Assembly: GCA_000697335.1 (NCBI GenBank)
Contig: JNEM01009543.1
Coordinates: 1-45,587, forward strand
Direction: 5' to 3'
DNA length: 45,587 nt
Origin: Conidiobolus incongruus B7586
Lineage: Eukaryota
Under the pieces are notes generated by a model. It was not told the origin of the DNA. It was given only the letters and a program-made list of their open reading frames with translations, and did not search any database. The position numbers and the translations under genes are program-made. Positions within the stretch are counted from its first letter, which is position 1. Every line of letters starts with the position of its first letter. Shown here in pieces: positions 1 to 12,355 of this stretch.

Positions 1-138
1 AAAATTAATATTTAATCAAATAATTATTTATTTTCTTATTTATTATATATATATATATATATATTTATTTATAATTAATAATATATTTGGAAAATCAGAA
101 ATTAAAAAATTTCTGATTTTTTTAATATTATGATAATA
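1..138 (-). mobile_element. Left end (TIR plus subterminal region) of a second mariner copy, running off the window to the left
   Basis: 77-113 (taataatatatttggaaaatcagaaattaaaaaatttc) is nearly identical to the reverse complement of ~5132-5169. Both regions also share a (TA)n tract and a ttaatcaaa motif further inside the element. Confidence 0.7.
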
Positions 139-1695
139 ATAAATCAAATTATTAATCTTGCTTTATAATATTTCAGGATATTATATCTTGAAGTTTATTA
201 GCTTTTTAAGATGTTATAATATAATATCCAAAAAAATCTCTTTTTTTTATGACCCCTGGGTTTAAATATTACTTTGTGTATTATACAGGATTTGATTAAA
301 ATCTAACAAAAATAACAAAGAGTAATCTTTAAATATGGATCAGCAAAGCTATTCTCAATTACAAATAATATTGGCTTAATTATCAGATCAAAGAAAACAA
401 TTATTTGTAAATGCAACATATATATTTAACTATTATAATTTAATTTTGTGAATTTGAATAAATTATTTTTAAATATTATCTCAAAATATTAAAAATTTGA
501 TCATTTTATAGATGGAATAATTTATTTTTTGTTGATCATATTCAAAACCAGATTGCTATAATTATACATATTTCTCCAAATTTATTATCACCTTTTACAC
601 TCTGTAATATAGTAATTTGAATAGGTATTCTATTATTGTAGTCATTTTTTATTAATATAAGGTTAAGTGTTTATAATATATTAAACAATATATAAATATT
701 CTGAATAATATCGAAATTATTTCAAAGTTGTTTTAGATCTAATTAAAATAAATTTTTAATTAATATACAGTTATTTAAAATTTCAAAAATTTTATAATGT
801 CAGATATCTTCAATAATACTATTAATTCTATATTCAAAAATTTAAGAAGTTTACCCTATTCATTGTTGTTTTTGTAGAAATAATTTTACATTGTAATCCA
901 ATGTTGAATCTTCTTTTCATTGGATTATTAATACTTTTTGGTACTATGTGTAAGTGTGTATATTAGGGAGTTTAGCAAAAAATATTTAAGCTGTGAGGGA
1001 TAGAACGATTGAGTAAGGAATCATGAAAGAGACTTAGAAGTCGTATGATAATATAAAGAAAAGATAGAGATTAATTTAGGTAAGGGCTATCCTTAATGTA
1101 GTTAATATTTTGAGTGAAAGAATAAGTTTATGTCAAATTATTTGAATTGGCTGATTAATAAAATATAGTAATTTTATCAATATACTTACAATATGAAATG
1201 ATCGAATTACACTTGAAAAGCAAAATAATTATGATTTTTGATTGAATCGCAGTTATAATAATTTGAGATGTGGATAGTATTTATTCATACAATTGTCAAA
1301 TATAATATTTCATCGTTTCAAAATTTTCTATAGAAAATTCCTAATAACATTTGGAAAATACTTTATATATCAAACCAGAGTTTAAGTATCACCATAATTT
1401 CCAATTGGTTTGGTGGTATATATATTACTCCAAATTACTATTTCATAATAAACCATATATTAAAAAATTTAACTGAGTTAACTACCAGTATAATAAATAA
1501 TTTTCAAAATTATTATTCTTAAATTGGTGAAAATTTTCAATAATAATAATAATAATAATAATAATTCATCTATTCCATAAATTATCAATAATATTATAAA
1601 TTTCTCTCTCAATATTTCAAATAGTAAAAACTACTGGTGTACTTCATATTATAATAGAACTACTTCTCAAAGCTTGATCACTAACATTCCATATT

Positions 1696-2770
1696 ATGGT
1701 CAAACTATTCAAATGCATAGATGACAACTATATCAGCGGACTTTCAAGACATATATGTCAAAACTTGTACAAAGTAAGAAAAATCTAGAATTGACGATAG
1801 ATGAAATACTCCGCAAATTTTGAGACGAAGTTCAAGTTTTATTGAAACTATTTTGTCAAGAGCATTATTGAATATTTCCCTGAAGATTGTCACTTCTGGA
1901 GACATTGTAAACCAATTCAATCTCTTGAGATTTGGTCAAAAAATAAAAGTGAACCTCAAAAATTCTCTACTATTCCTATGTGATGCTCTGCTTTATGGTA
2001 CACCTAAATCTTATTGCTATATTTTTTGGAAGTTTTTAAATACTTAGAAATATAAATTGATTGTTATCGAATATAGGAAATGTTCAAAACTACTATTTTA
2101 AACTGTATTGAGGATCAGTGCCAATCGAGTTGTATTGTGTGGAAACAATACAGGCGATGCGCTCGCTACAAATTTTTGCCAATTTTTGAGAAAGACTAGT
2201 AGTCCAAAAGTTGCTGACTCTATTCTTTGGTCGCCATTGATATATATGGCAAAATCCCAGCCTAGCTACGTTACAGAATATGCTTTGGATGCATGCTATA
2301 AATTCATTAATTCAGATGAATTCGTTTGGGAAAATCAGTACTATTTGAAAGCAGTCTAAGTCGATTGGTAACATGCACACTTCGCCAGAAATTCGGAGAA
2401 AGTTGGAAACTTCAGACTTTTTTAACATTTTTGTCTAGTTTTGAAATGGCCAATGTTTCCCCCTTGTTGAAAGGTACTTCAGGCCGTTTGGCATTTCGTC
2501 TCATCCTGAAAGGAGGGTCAGAAGTGTGTTGCGATGAAGCTGTCTTATACTACAATAAAAAATGGAATACAATGCTTAGAAGACCATATATTTGCAATTT
2601 GCATTCTGTCACTCTCAGATTTTATGAGCAGACACCCACATATCTTTGGTATTACTATTTTATCAACAACTAGATCTAGCTTCAAAATGGTAGAATAATT
2701 TTCTAATGTGCAAATTTAAACCTAATCAACCACCATCTAATAATAATTACAGCGTCACATCACTTAACCG
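1696..2770 (+). pseudogene. Decayed HSL/GDXG-family alpha/beta hydrolase (Abhydrolase_3-like esterase/lipase); boundaries approximate
   Basis: Motifs occur in family order across broken frames: LLFLCDALLYGTPKSY (HGG region), IEYRKCS (DYRxxPE), RVVLCGNNTGDALA (GDSAGG elbow, 2138-2158), ILWSP, and VSPLL..LILKGGSEVCCDE. There are stops, frameshifts and an internal deletion. Confidence 0.75.
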
Positions 2771-3199
2771 TGAACTTAAGAATTAAACGACATTGACTTT
2801 TTTCAAATCATAACAACAATTTCCTAATGACTCATTGCTAGAATTTTCCAAATTATGAATTATTATACGATATTTGGTCAAGTTCATAGAAATAATTAGT
2901 TGATTTAATGTTACTTCAATTTCTTAATTAGTTGGTAACTCATGTGTTAAACTAGTCAATATACTTTAATAAATTAATAAATTCAATTCAAAAGCTTATA
3001 ATAATAATTTACTTGATTGAAAACTTAACGGCTGGTTTTTATAAGAAACAATAATTAAATGATATCTCAATAGAAGTTACTACTAACAAAATAATATCTA
3101 TTTTCAAAAAATTTTCAAATTATATTGAATAGTTTATTTTCTATAGCTCTAATTCTTTGGAATAATTTGCTTGATTTGTCATAACTGACACAGAAATTC

Positions 3200-4500
3200 A
3201 CCATATCCAGGTACAAATCAAAATTTTTCAAGAATGGGTAATGGTTTGTTAGCTTGATCCTTGTATGGTACAATATCGTCAAAATTGATATTCAATTTTA
3301 TTTTGAGGATTAAAGCAGTTAATGATAAAGCTATTGCAGCGTTTTAGCACAGATCCAATTGGGAATTTAATGAAATGTACATCAATACGTGTGACATCTC
3401 TTTGCATACAGGAGAGTAAAGCTAGATAATGGATACGGGTATTTCTTACCCTTCATGGTTTTGTACAATCGTTTGGAATAAATTATAGCTTCATGCCTCA
3501 GGTCTTCAGCACTTCCTACAATAGTGAGATTAGATGTCAAATCGTTCAAGTGAGCATTCAGCATTGGCAAAACGGTGGATTATTGAAGAAGATTATAAGG
3601 ACACACAAAACTACTATATTATTCGATACGCTGTCTAAATCCTGATAGTATCCATAATATGCTATGCAATTGAATATGTATATCAATTGTTGTGGTTCTT
3701 TTAGAAACTATCATGATTTATAGATTTTGACATAATATCCCAATTCATTTCGGTAGCAAGGTTGGGTTGCAATCTAGTCATGTCGGTGGATGGCGACAAT
3801 AGCAGTATTTCAACAGCGTTCGGTTAGTTTGCTTTCTTCAAGAAGTAACACACTCTTGTGGAAAGGCCCCCTCCTGCACTATCTTCTCCCAAAAAGACTT
3901 AATCTTGAGATATTCCCAATGCATCTTCAGTTACTAGAGATGTGATATACTGCCACCTTAAAAATGTATCTTCAATGTGGCTTAACTCTGTAAATTCGGG
4001 ACATTTCCTATAGTCCAACGCAATCATTCTGCATTCCGAAGAATTTTCAATTCTTAATAATATTGAATAATATAATTTGACAGTCATAAACAATAGATCA
4101 TCTCCGTGGAAATAGTAAAGCATTCTCGTAGGTCTAGCACCACAACTATTGGGTATCAGCATATGAATTTCGAGATTTTAATACTTTGACCAATGGTGAT
4201 GACGCAGCATAGAGTATTCTTCATATTCTCCTATACAAAACTTTTTAACCAATTCTGACCCTCTACATCGAAATTTTTCAGGAACAAACTTAACTACAAC
4301 CTACAATCCCTAATCCCTGGAGCAGAATTCTTTTGATTGAACATTTTAAACTTTTCTAAATATTTTATAATGTGGAATTCTAGCATAACTTTTATCAGTT
4401 GTACTATTATGTGAAATTTTAAAGACTACGATTGTTTAAGAGGACAAAGATTAAAGTGTATTACTTCGGTTTTTAGCGGGGTACCTTATATTTAGGAGAA
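3200..4500 (-). pseudogene. Second decayed HSL/GDXG-family alpha/beta hydrolase; boundaries approximate
   Basis: YYFHGDD (HGGG), ALDYRKCPE, D*VFLGEDSAGGG (~3867-3900) and LTIVGSAEDLRHEA..CH are present. There is an in-frame stop immediately before the nucleophile elbow. Confidence 0.8.
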
Positions 4501-5103
4501 ATATCAGTGAGGTCATATTCAAAAATATGATGATTATAAAAAATTCTTATACCATTGGAAATCTTAAGGTATTCTAAGGGTATAAATATTAAATTGACTG
4601 ATGTTTATATTTTTTAATAACATTATATTAGATAGAGTTTGGCATTAACATATTTTTATTTAATTTTTAGTATATTCCACTGTATGTTGTTTGTTTATTA
4701 AATGTAGTAAATTATAAAATTTCTCTGATTATAAGTGCTTCTATGGCAATGGTTAGATCAAATGAATTAGCTATTGAGGTTGAATTTCATCTTAAAGTAT
4801 TTCAAAATTTGGTTTGGAGAAATTAGTTACAAATTTTACCAATTGACGTCAGTGTAGGCTTGGTTAATTGGTATGAACAAAATAAAGGATATTATATAGC
4901 AATATTCAATAAAATGTATAAAATTATTAATACAGTTTGAGTTTATTTAAACCAACAAAAAAGCTTCAACATATATGGAATGAATATAACATATTTTTAT
5001 ATTGATGTAAAAACTATGCTATACCATTTTTGGAATATATTGTTCATGGGAAAAAATTACTTGGTTAGAATCTTGAATTTAAATAATAATCCTTTTTATC
5101 AGA

Positions 5104-6421
5104 TAATATTACCTTGAATTTAAAATAATAGGAAATTTTTTAATTTCTGATTTTTCAAACATATTATTAGTTTGAAATAAATAAATATATATAAAGTTAA
5201 TAGGAAATTATATATTTTTAATATATATATATATATATATATTAGTTTTTTTGATTAAAAAATTAACTTTTTAAAATTGGTTGTTTAATTTAATTATGTT
5301 TAAACTAAATAGTGATCATCAAAAGTTTTTTATTTTAGTATCAGTAAAACTTAACTATAAACCCTTTAAAATTATTTAAAATTTACAAGCAGCTTTTAGT
5401 AATGAAGCATTATCTAAATCAACAATTTATCACTAGGTAAATTATTTTAAGGCTAAAAGAGAAACTATTCAAAACTTGTTAAAATCTAAAAGACTAACTT
5501 CAACTATTATTCTTTTAATTGTAAATAGAGTGAAAAAATATATTGAAAAGCACTTTTTTATTTCAGCTAGAGAATTATCTAAGCACTTTAATATTAGTTT
5601 TACAAGTATTTTATATATTTTAAAGTTTAAACTAAATAAATAAAAATATAAAACAGGTACCTTATAATTTAACTAAAGTTTAAAAAAAAGCTAGAGTAGT
5701 TATTGCTAAACAAAACTTATTGAAATATTACTAGAAGCTTAAACTTTTACAGCAAATAATTATAATTGATGAATCTTAAATCCCTATGTATAATCCTATA
5801 CTAAAACACAAATCAAGATGCTAAATTAATCTAAATCAACCCCCTTTATAAATCCCTTTAAATAAACATTTTGTTAATAAGCAAATATTAATTATTATAA
5901 TAGATTATAATAGTATATGCTATTCTTATTTAGTTCCTAAAGGAAAATCAATTAATAGTAAACTATATATTGCTTTTTTAAATAAAAGTATTTCTAATTG
6001 GTGTTCTCAATATAATTTGAGAAAACCTATTATTTTACATGATAATTGTAAAATATATAAATGTAAAGCTGTAAAAAACTTTCTAATTAAAAATAACTGG
6101 AAAAAACTACTACATCTAGTATATTCCTTTGATTATAACCTATGTGATTATAATTGCTTTAGGCAATTAAAAAACCAGCTTGCAGGAAAGAAAATTTCTG
6201 CAGGAAAATTTAATTGGTTTGTGAAACATCAAATTTCAGTCTTTAATAAGAATTGTTTTTTAGGTATTAGAAGTTTGCTAAAAGTATAGCAAAAAGTTAT
6301 TAATAATAAAAGAAACTACTAAATTTATATTATATATTTATTTTTATATATCATATATTCAAATGTTTATTTATTTTTAATTGCAAAAAATTCCCATTAT
6401 TAAAAATATAGAGTAATATTA
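5104..6421 (+). mobile_element. Full-length decayed mariner (DD34D) DNA transposon, ~1.32 kb; transposase relic 5296-6322
   Basis: Imperfect ~35-bp TIRs at 5104-5141 and 6385-6421, both with TA at the outer edge. Transposase motifs: LQAAFSNEALSKSTIYH* (HTH), KSKRL (RSGRP), VPYNLT (WVPHEL), IDES* (GDESW), HDN, HLVYSFDYNLCDY (HPPYSPDLAPSDY) and *QKVI..Y. There are 34 residues between the 2nd and 3rd Asp. Confidence 0.9.
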
Positions 6422-7046
6422 TTTTATTAATATTTTTATTAAATATATTTTCAATCAATTCAAATAACAATTGTCAATAATATAATAATAATTTTAGTCA
6501 ATTAAAATAATCATTCAAAATAACACTATTGAACCAGGTTAGTTGATCAAATGGAACATTTTAAAATATTTATACTTCCAAAAGAATATATTATATTAAT
6601 ATCAATTAAACAAAATTTTAGTAATAAATTTATATTAATATTTTTTCAAAAAAAAGTTCTTATATTTTTAACCAAGTACTAATTCCATCCTAATAATTCC
6701 ATTTATTATAAAATTTGTATTACGGAAAATATATTATTCCTTCTTCTATTTTTAGTATAATTTAAATAATTTCTAGGAAAATGATGAATTAATATAAATT
6801 TGAATAACAAATAAAGTTATATGCAAATAAAAACACTGATTAATAATAATGACACAATCTCAAAATAGAAATATCTATGCAATTTTAATTGAATGACTCA
6901 AATAGTGTATTTTAATTTGATAATGAGTTATTTAATACGTCATCTATTTTTTTATATAAATATTAAATCTTTTTAAAATTTTAATAAAATTTTATAAAAA
7001 AAAATTATAATACAAAATTTTAAAATTTAAAATTAATTTAAATATT

Positions 7047-8690
7047 ATGACAATGGTGAATTTAATCGAAGATGAGATTCAAAAGAGTTCAGCTTTGGAA
7101 ATAGCTAAAAATATTCGTTCTAAAAAGTGGACTGCAACACAAGTCATGGCAACTGTCATCCAGTTATCAAAACAAGCACAAGATTTCACTAATAGTGTCG
7201 TACTTTGGCAAGACAAAGAAGCCATGAAAGCCGCAGAAGGTCTGGATAGCAGAATTAAAGCTGGAGAAGAGTTCCCTGAGAAAGAATATCCATTTTTGGG
7301 TGTTCCTATATCTGTTAAAGATTTCTTTCATGTCAAAGGCTGGCCTACTTGGGGTGGTTACAAAAAAGCTGGCAAAGTAGTACAAGAAGAGGAAGCTACT
7401 ATTGTAACGGTTTTGAAAAAGTTAGGATGTATCCCATACTGCAAAACTAATGTCCCTCAATTTGGTTTAGCAACTGAAACTGCCAATCCTGTATTTGGGA
7501 CCACTACGAATCCATTCAATCCTAATTTTACTTCTGGTGGTAGCAGTGGTGGTGAAGCAGCTTTAATTGGAGCCCAAGGATCGGTATTAGGTATTGGAAG
7601 TGATATTGGTGGTAGTTTGAGAGTCCCAGCTAGTTTTTGTGGAATTTATTCATTCAAACCTACTCCTGGAAGATTTCCAAATTACGGTCAAATGTCAATT
7701 ATGTCGGGTCAGGATTCAATCAATTTTACGTCAGGCCCTATGGGAAAAAGTGTTGAGGATGTTGAAGCTATGTTTCGATATGTGATCAAATCTCAACCTT
7801 GGAAATTTGATGGCTATTGTACCAAGACTCCATACGATCCATACACCCTTAAAAAAGACCAAAAATTCAAAATTGGATATATGGTAAATAACAATCTTTT
7901 TCCAGCGACTCCATCTTGTGAGAGAGCAGTTTTAGAAGTAGTTGAATTATTAAGGAATCAAGGTCATGAAGTTTTTGAGTTTGATTTACCTGGAATTACC
8001 GATGCTTATCAGATAACCAGTCGTATTTTACTTGCTGACGGTTTAGAAAACGCTAAAAGGCACATGGGGTGGTATGAGACTTATTCGGCATTAACCGCAC
8101 CTGTTGTTAGAACTCTCCAAATTCCCAACTTTATTGCTAGAGGATTACAATTTTTGTTCACTAATATCCTTGGACAACACACTTTAGGTGATATTTTGGG
8201 TTTTTCAAATCTACCTTCTGTCACCACACTCTGGAATTACCAAGAGAGGAAAAATGATTTGAGTATACAAGCACTTAAAGCTTGGACTAAGACAGGAGAG
8301 GAAGATGGTCATCAAATGGATGTTTTAATATGTCCCGTTAGCGCAATGCCTCCTCAGAAGCACAATACTTTCATGTACATTAGTCCAACCCTTTGGCCCT
8401 GCATGATTTTCAACTTGCTGAACTATCCTAGTGGTGTGATCCCAGTAACTAAAGTAGATCCTGACTTAGATAGATTAGATAACGTGGATGAATGGCTCAA
8501 AGAGAAATTACCTAAAGATTATAATGGAGGAACTTGGGCCCAAAAATTATGTTATTCGTTTTATAATAGCAAAGAAATGGCAGGACTTCCAATTGGGATT
8601 CAAGTTGCTGCCAAAAAATCAGAGGATGAAAAGGTGCTAGAATTTATGAAATACATTGATGGTTTGATTAAAACTCATCAAATCAAATAA
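7047..8690 (+). CDS. Amidase-signature enzyme (FAAH/acetamidase-like), 547 aa, intronless
   Basis: GVPISVKD (catalytic Lys), KTNVPQ, GGSSGGE, GSDIGGSLRVPASFCG and GLPIGIQV. Confidence 0.95.
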   Translation: MTMVNLIEDEIQKSSALEIAKNIRSKKWTATQVMATVIQLSKQAQDFTNSVVLWQDKEAMKAAEGLDSRIKAGEEFPEKEYPFLGVPISVKDFFHVKGWPTWGGYKKAGKVVQEEEATIVTVLKKLGCIPYCKTNVPQFGLATETANPVFGTTTNPFNPNFTSGGSSGGEAALIGAQGSVLGIGSDIGGSLRVPASFCGIYSFKPTPGRFPNYGQMSIMSGQDSINFTSGPMGKSVEDVEAMFRYVIKSQPWKFDGYCTKTPYDPYTLKKDQKFKIGYMVNNNLFPATPSCERAVLEVVELLRNQGHEVFEFDLPGITDAYQITSRILLADGLENAKRHMGWYETYSALTAPVVRTLQIPNFIARGLQFLFTNILGQHTLGDILGFSNLPSVTTLWNYQERKNDLSIQALKAWTKTGEEDGHQMDVLICPVSAMPPQKHNTFMYISPTLWPCMIFNLLNYPSGVIPVTKVDPDLDRLDNVDEWLKEKLPKDYNGGTWAQKLCYSFYNSKEMAGLPIGIQVAAKKSEDEKVLEFMKYIDGLIKTHQIK

Positions 8691-9804
8691 CCAAATTAGC
8701 TGAACTTTTGATTAATGCAATGATTTATATCCATATATAACTCTTGGTTAAAAATAAAAATATCAATATTCTTATCGAAAAATATCACTGCTTCCACATA
8801 TGACAACTATTACAAAAAATACATTTTCATTGATACTGCAAATGTTTATATAAATTGATATCTACTTAGTTAAACCTTAAATTTCATGCTACATAACTTA
8901 AATTCATCCAATTGTATTATAATAATTATATTTTGAATTTTAAATATTTGATATCTAATCAAAAAAATGCTTTATAAATCAATAATAAGTAAAAGATTAA
9001 TTAATAATTATAAAAATTTTATGATTTTTTTAAAATAAGCGTCAAATAATATATATAACTGAAACATGATTTCTGAAATATCATAATTAAAATTTAATTC
9101 AAACGTATAATTATAATATTGAAAGATAAGTAAATTGATGATGTAAATATAACATAGATTATTCATTTGAACTATTTCAACAAGAATTTTTATCATATCC
9201 AATAAAAATGCTGTTAAAAAATGTAGTAATATTTTTGAATCAATTAAATATATGATACTCAAAGTAAAATGAAATATTGTTATATATAAATAATTAGAAA
9301 TTATAGTGATTTGTTAAATTTAAATCTACAAGTCTAACTTTAAAAAAATATATTATTTTCCATTGACCACTAATTAAAATATTTTGTTCAATTTTATTAG
9401 TATAATTGAGTTAATAATATTAAATATTTAATATGTAATATTGATATTGACATAATTAAATAAGGAATATATTGATTATATTTAATTATTCTTTGTGCAT
9501 TTCCCTGCTCATAATATTATTTTGATATTGTTCAGTTTCAAATATAAAATTCATATTATTTGCAAAAATTAAACATGTATAGTATGATTAATATTGCTTT
9601 GGTTATTAGGAACATATATTCAATTAATTTGAATTCATTAATTTTATAAATATACAATAATTTTTTCTGGAATACAAAATTTTTTTGAGTAAATTATTTG
9701 TAGTCAAATCCAGTCACATGATGAAATAAATAAAAAATTGTTTCGAGTTAATTTTATAAGTCTAGTATTCTTACAACAATTATGAAATAAATTGTTTGTC
9801 TACT

Positions 9805-11378
9805 ATGCATAAATATAATGCTATTGAAGAAGAAATTCAAGCGATTGCAGCTTTGAAAGAGGGTAACAAGGTTCGCTCTGAAGAATGTGCTGCGAAGCAG
9901 GTAATAGAGAAAGTGATAAAGATACTAAAACGAGCTCGCGAATTGAGCAACAATGTGATTCTGTTAAAGCAGCAGGAGGCTTTGGAAGCTTCTGAACACT
10001 TAGACATTGTTATTAAAGCTAGTTTTTCATTCTTAGAAGCTGAGCATTCATTTTTTGATGCTCCATTCCAAGGTTGGCCAATTTGAACGGTATATCGCAA
10101 GTTGGGAGAAGTGGTGCAAAAAGAAAATGCTATTTTGGCCATAGTGTTAAAAAATTAGGATGTATCCCATACTGCAAAACTAATGTCCCTCAATTTGGTT
10201 TATCAACTGAAACTGCTAATCCTGTATTTGGCGCTACCAATAATCCATATAATCCTGCATTTACCAGTGGAGAGAGCAGTGACAGTGAATGAGCATTAGT
10301 TAGAGCTCACAGTCCTATTCTCGAAATCGGAAGCGACTGAAGAAGTAGCCTGGGAATCCCAGGTAGTTTTTGTGAGAGCTATTCATTGAAACAAACTCCT
10401 GGAAAATTCCCAATAACTGGTAATCACAATTATCTCTCAGGTCAAGAGTCGACACTTACGGTACCAGGTCTAATGAGGAAGAGTGCTGACTATTTAGAGA
10501 CAGCATTTCGAAATATGCTTAAGTCTGAACCTTGAAAAATAAATCGCGAGTCAATTAAAATTCTTTACAGACAATTGGAGTTATCTAAAATAGACACAAT
10601 AAGATTGGATGTGTTGTAAATAATCAACTATTTTTGCAACTCCTGCTTGTGAATGAGCAGATTTGGTAGTCAAATTATTGAGAAGTCATTGTCGTGAAGT
10701 ATTTGAATTTAATTTACCTGGAATGGCTAATGCCTATAGGTTAGCGGCATCAATTCTAGCTGTACATGATCTAGAAAATGCAAAATAATTCGTGGAATGG
10801 AATGAGCCATACTTCTGAGTGAAAGTTGTACTCATTAGAAGCTTTGAAATTCTGAATTTGGTGATTCAAAGTTTTTATTTGGTTCTTGCCAGTATTTCTG
10901 GAAAAGGCTTTAAGTGATATTTTCAACTTTGTAGTACCCCTATACGTTGTCGAATTGAGGAACCATCAAGAGCAAAACAATCTTTGGGTGCTTGGAATAA
11001 CACAGGCCTTGATGGTAATGGGAAGGATATTTAAATATTGCCTGCAGTCGTATTGCTTCCTTAAAAGTATAACAATTTCATTTAGGTTAGTCCATGTCTC
11101 CAGCCTATCATGAATTTAAATATGCTCAACTATTCCAGTGAAGCGATTCTTGTGACTAGAGTAGAAGCTAATTTAAACAGATTGAATGAGACTGACCAAT
11201 GGTCGTAGAAGTTGCAAAAAATTATAAAGGAGGAGCTTGGGCACAGATTTTATGGTATTCACTTTATGATATTAATTAAATGACTGTGTTATTAATAGGA
11301 ATTCGAATTGTAGGCACAGAATCCGAATATGAAAGAACCTAAATTACTATGAGGTATATTGATGTTTTGATATTATAA
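9805..11378 (+). pseudogene. Amidase pseudogene, middle member of the tandem array
   Basis: Collinear with both flanking amidases (LGCIPYCKTNVPQFG, FTSGESSDSE*, IGSD*RSSLGIPGSFC, LNYSS, MRYID). Many stops, frameshifts and deletions. Confidence 0.92.
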
Positions 11379-12355
11379 AAATTAATCCATTCGAATTATA
11401 TTGTTCAAAATTATTACATTAAATCAAAAACTCAATTTTCTTCAAACACCTCAATACAAATTAAATTAATTCAAATCAAATCATGAATTATATATACACT
11501 ATTTTTTGTTTCAATACTTAAAGTTTAAAAATATTCATAAAATATATACAAAACAAATAATAAATTTAATAATCAATATTTAAAATGGATTGTGTTGATA
11601 TATTTTAATGAATTTTCAATTTATAAATATTGTAAAGATAATACTCTACATTATTTATTATAATAATTCATTAATATTCAAAAGGTTTGAGTTTGGAATA
11701 AATTCAACTTCCACATAATAATATAAGGCATAAAATTTCGCAAGATGAATAAGTTCATCAAATTTGTATTGATTCATCTTGATCGATTAAAAAAAATATA
11801 TATAAAGATGTCACAATGAAAAATATGATAACATTGTTTTAATATTTATAGAATTTAATATATTATAGTTAAATAAATACAATAAAATATTCAACACTAT
11901 TACATTATTCAATTAGTTATAATAAAATTGGTAAAAAATGAAGCATATATTAGTGACATCATCACAAGTCAGTGCATATTTGAATTTAATATAGTTCCAA
12001 TTTTTTCAATTATTTGTTATTCACGTATTGAAATCATATATTGTTATTAATGGAAATTTAAATTAATTGATTACTAACATTCCATAGAATCTACCTAAGA
12101 AATCCGACCATTTTTATAAATAAAATCCTGTTGAATATAATTTTTAATATTTAGTTCATAAATTGACATTAAAGTTCATCATCTTGAATATATGGATAAA
12201 TATCATAGATTTCAATTTGTAAGTATTAAATAATATTGTAAGAATTTGTCATCAGTTGAAAGTATTGTCCGAAAGTTTTAGTATATTAATCACAAATCAA
12301 AATCGAAAAACAATTAAGACTTAGTTTCAATTGACAATAATATCACAATTTAAAA

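Noticed and set aside
850..1130. Purine-rich, slightly GC-richer stretch, possibly an LTR relic
   Set aside because: No clear termini, TSD or convincing match elsewhere in the window.
1539..1564. (AAT)n tract, and (TA)n tracts at ~44-63 and ~5221-5242
   Set aside because: Ordinary microsatellites; the TA tracts lie within the mariner ends.
9008..9262. 84-aa minus-strand ORF
   Set aside because: I/L/F/N/Y-rich translation typical of chance ORFs in very AT-rich DNA, with a non-ATG start.
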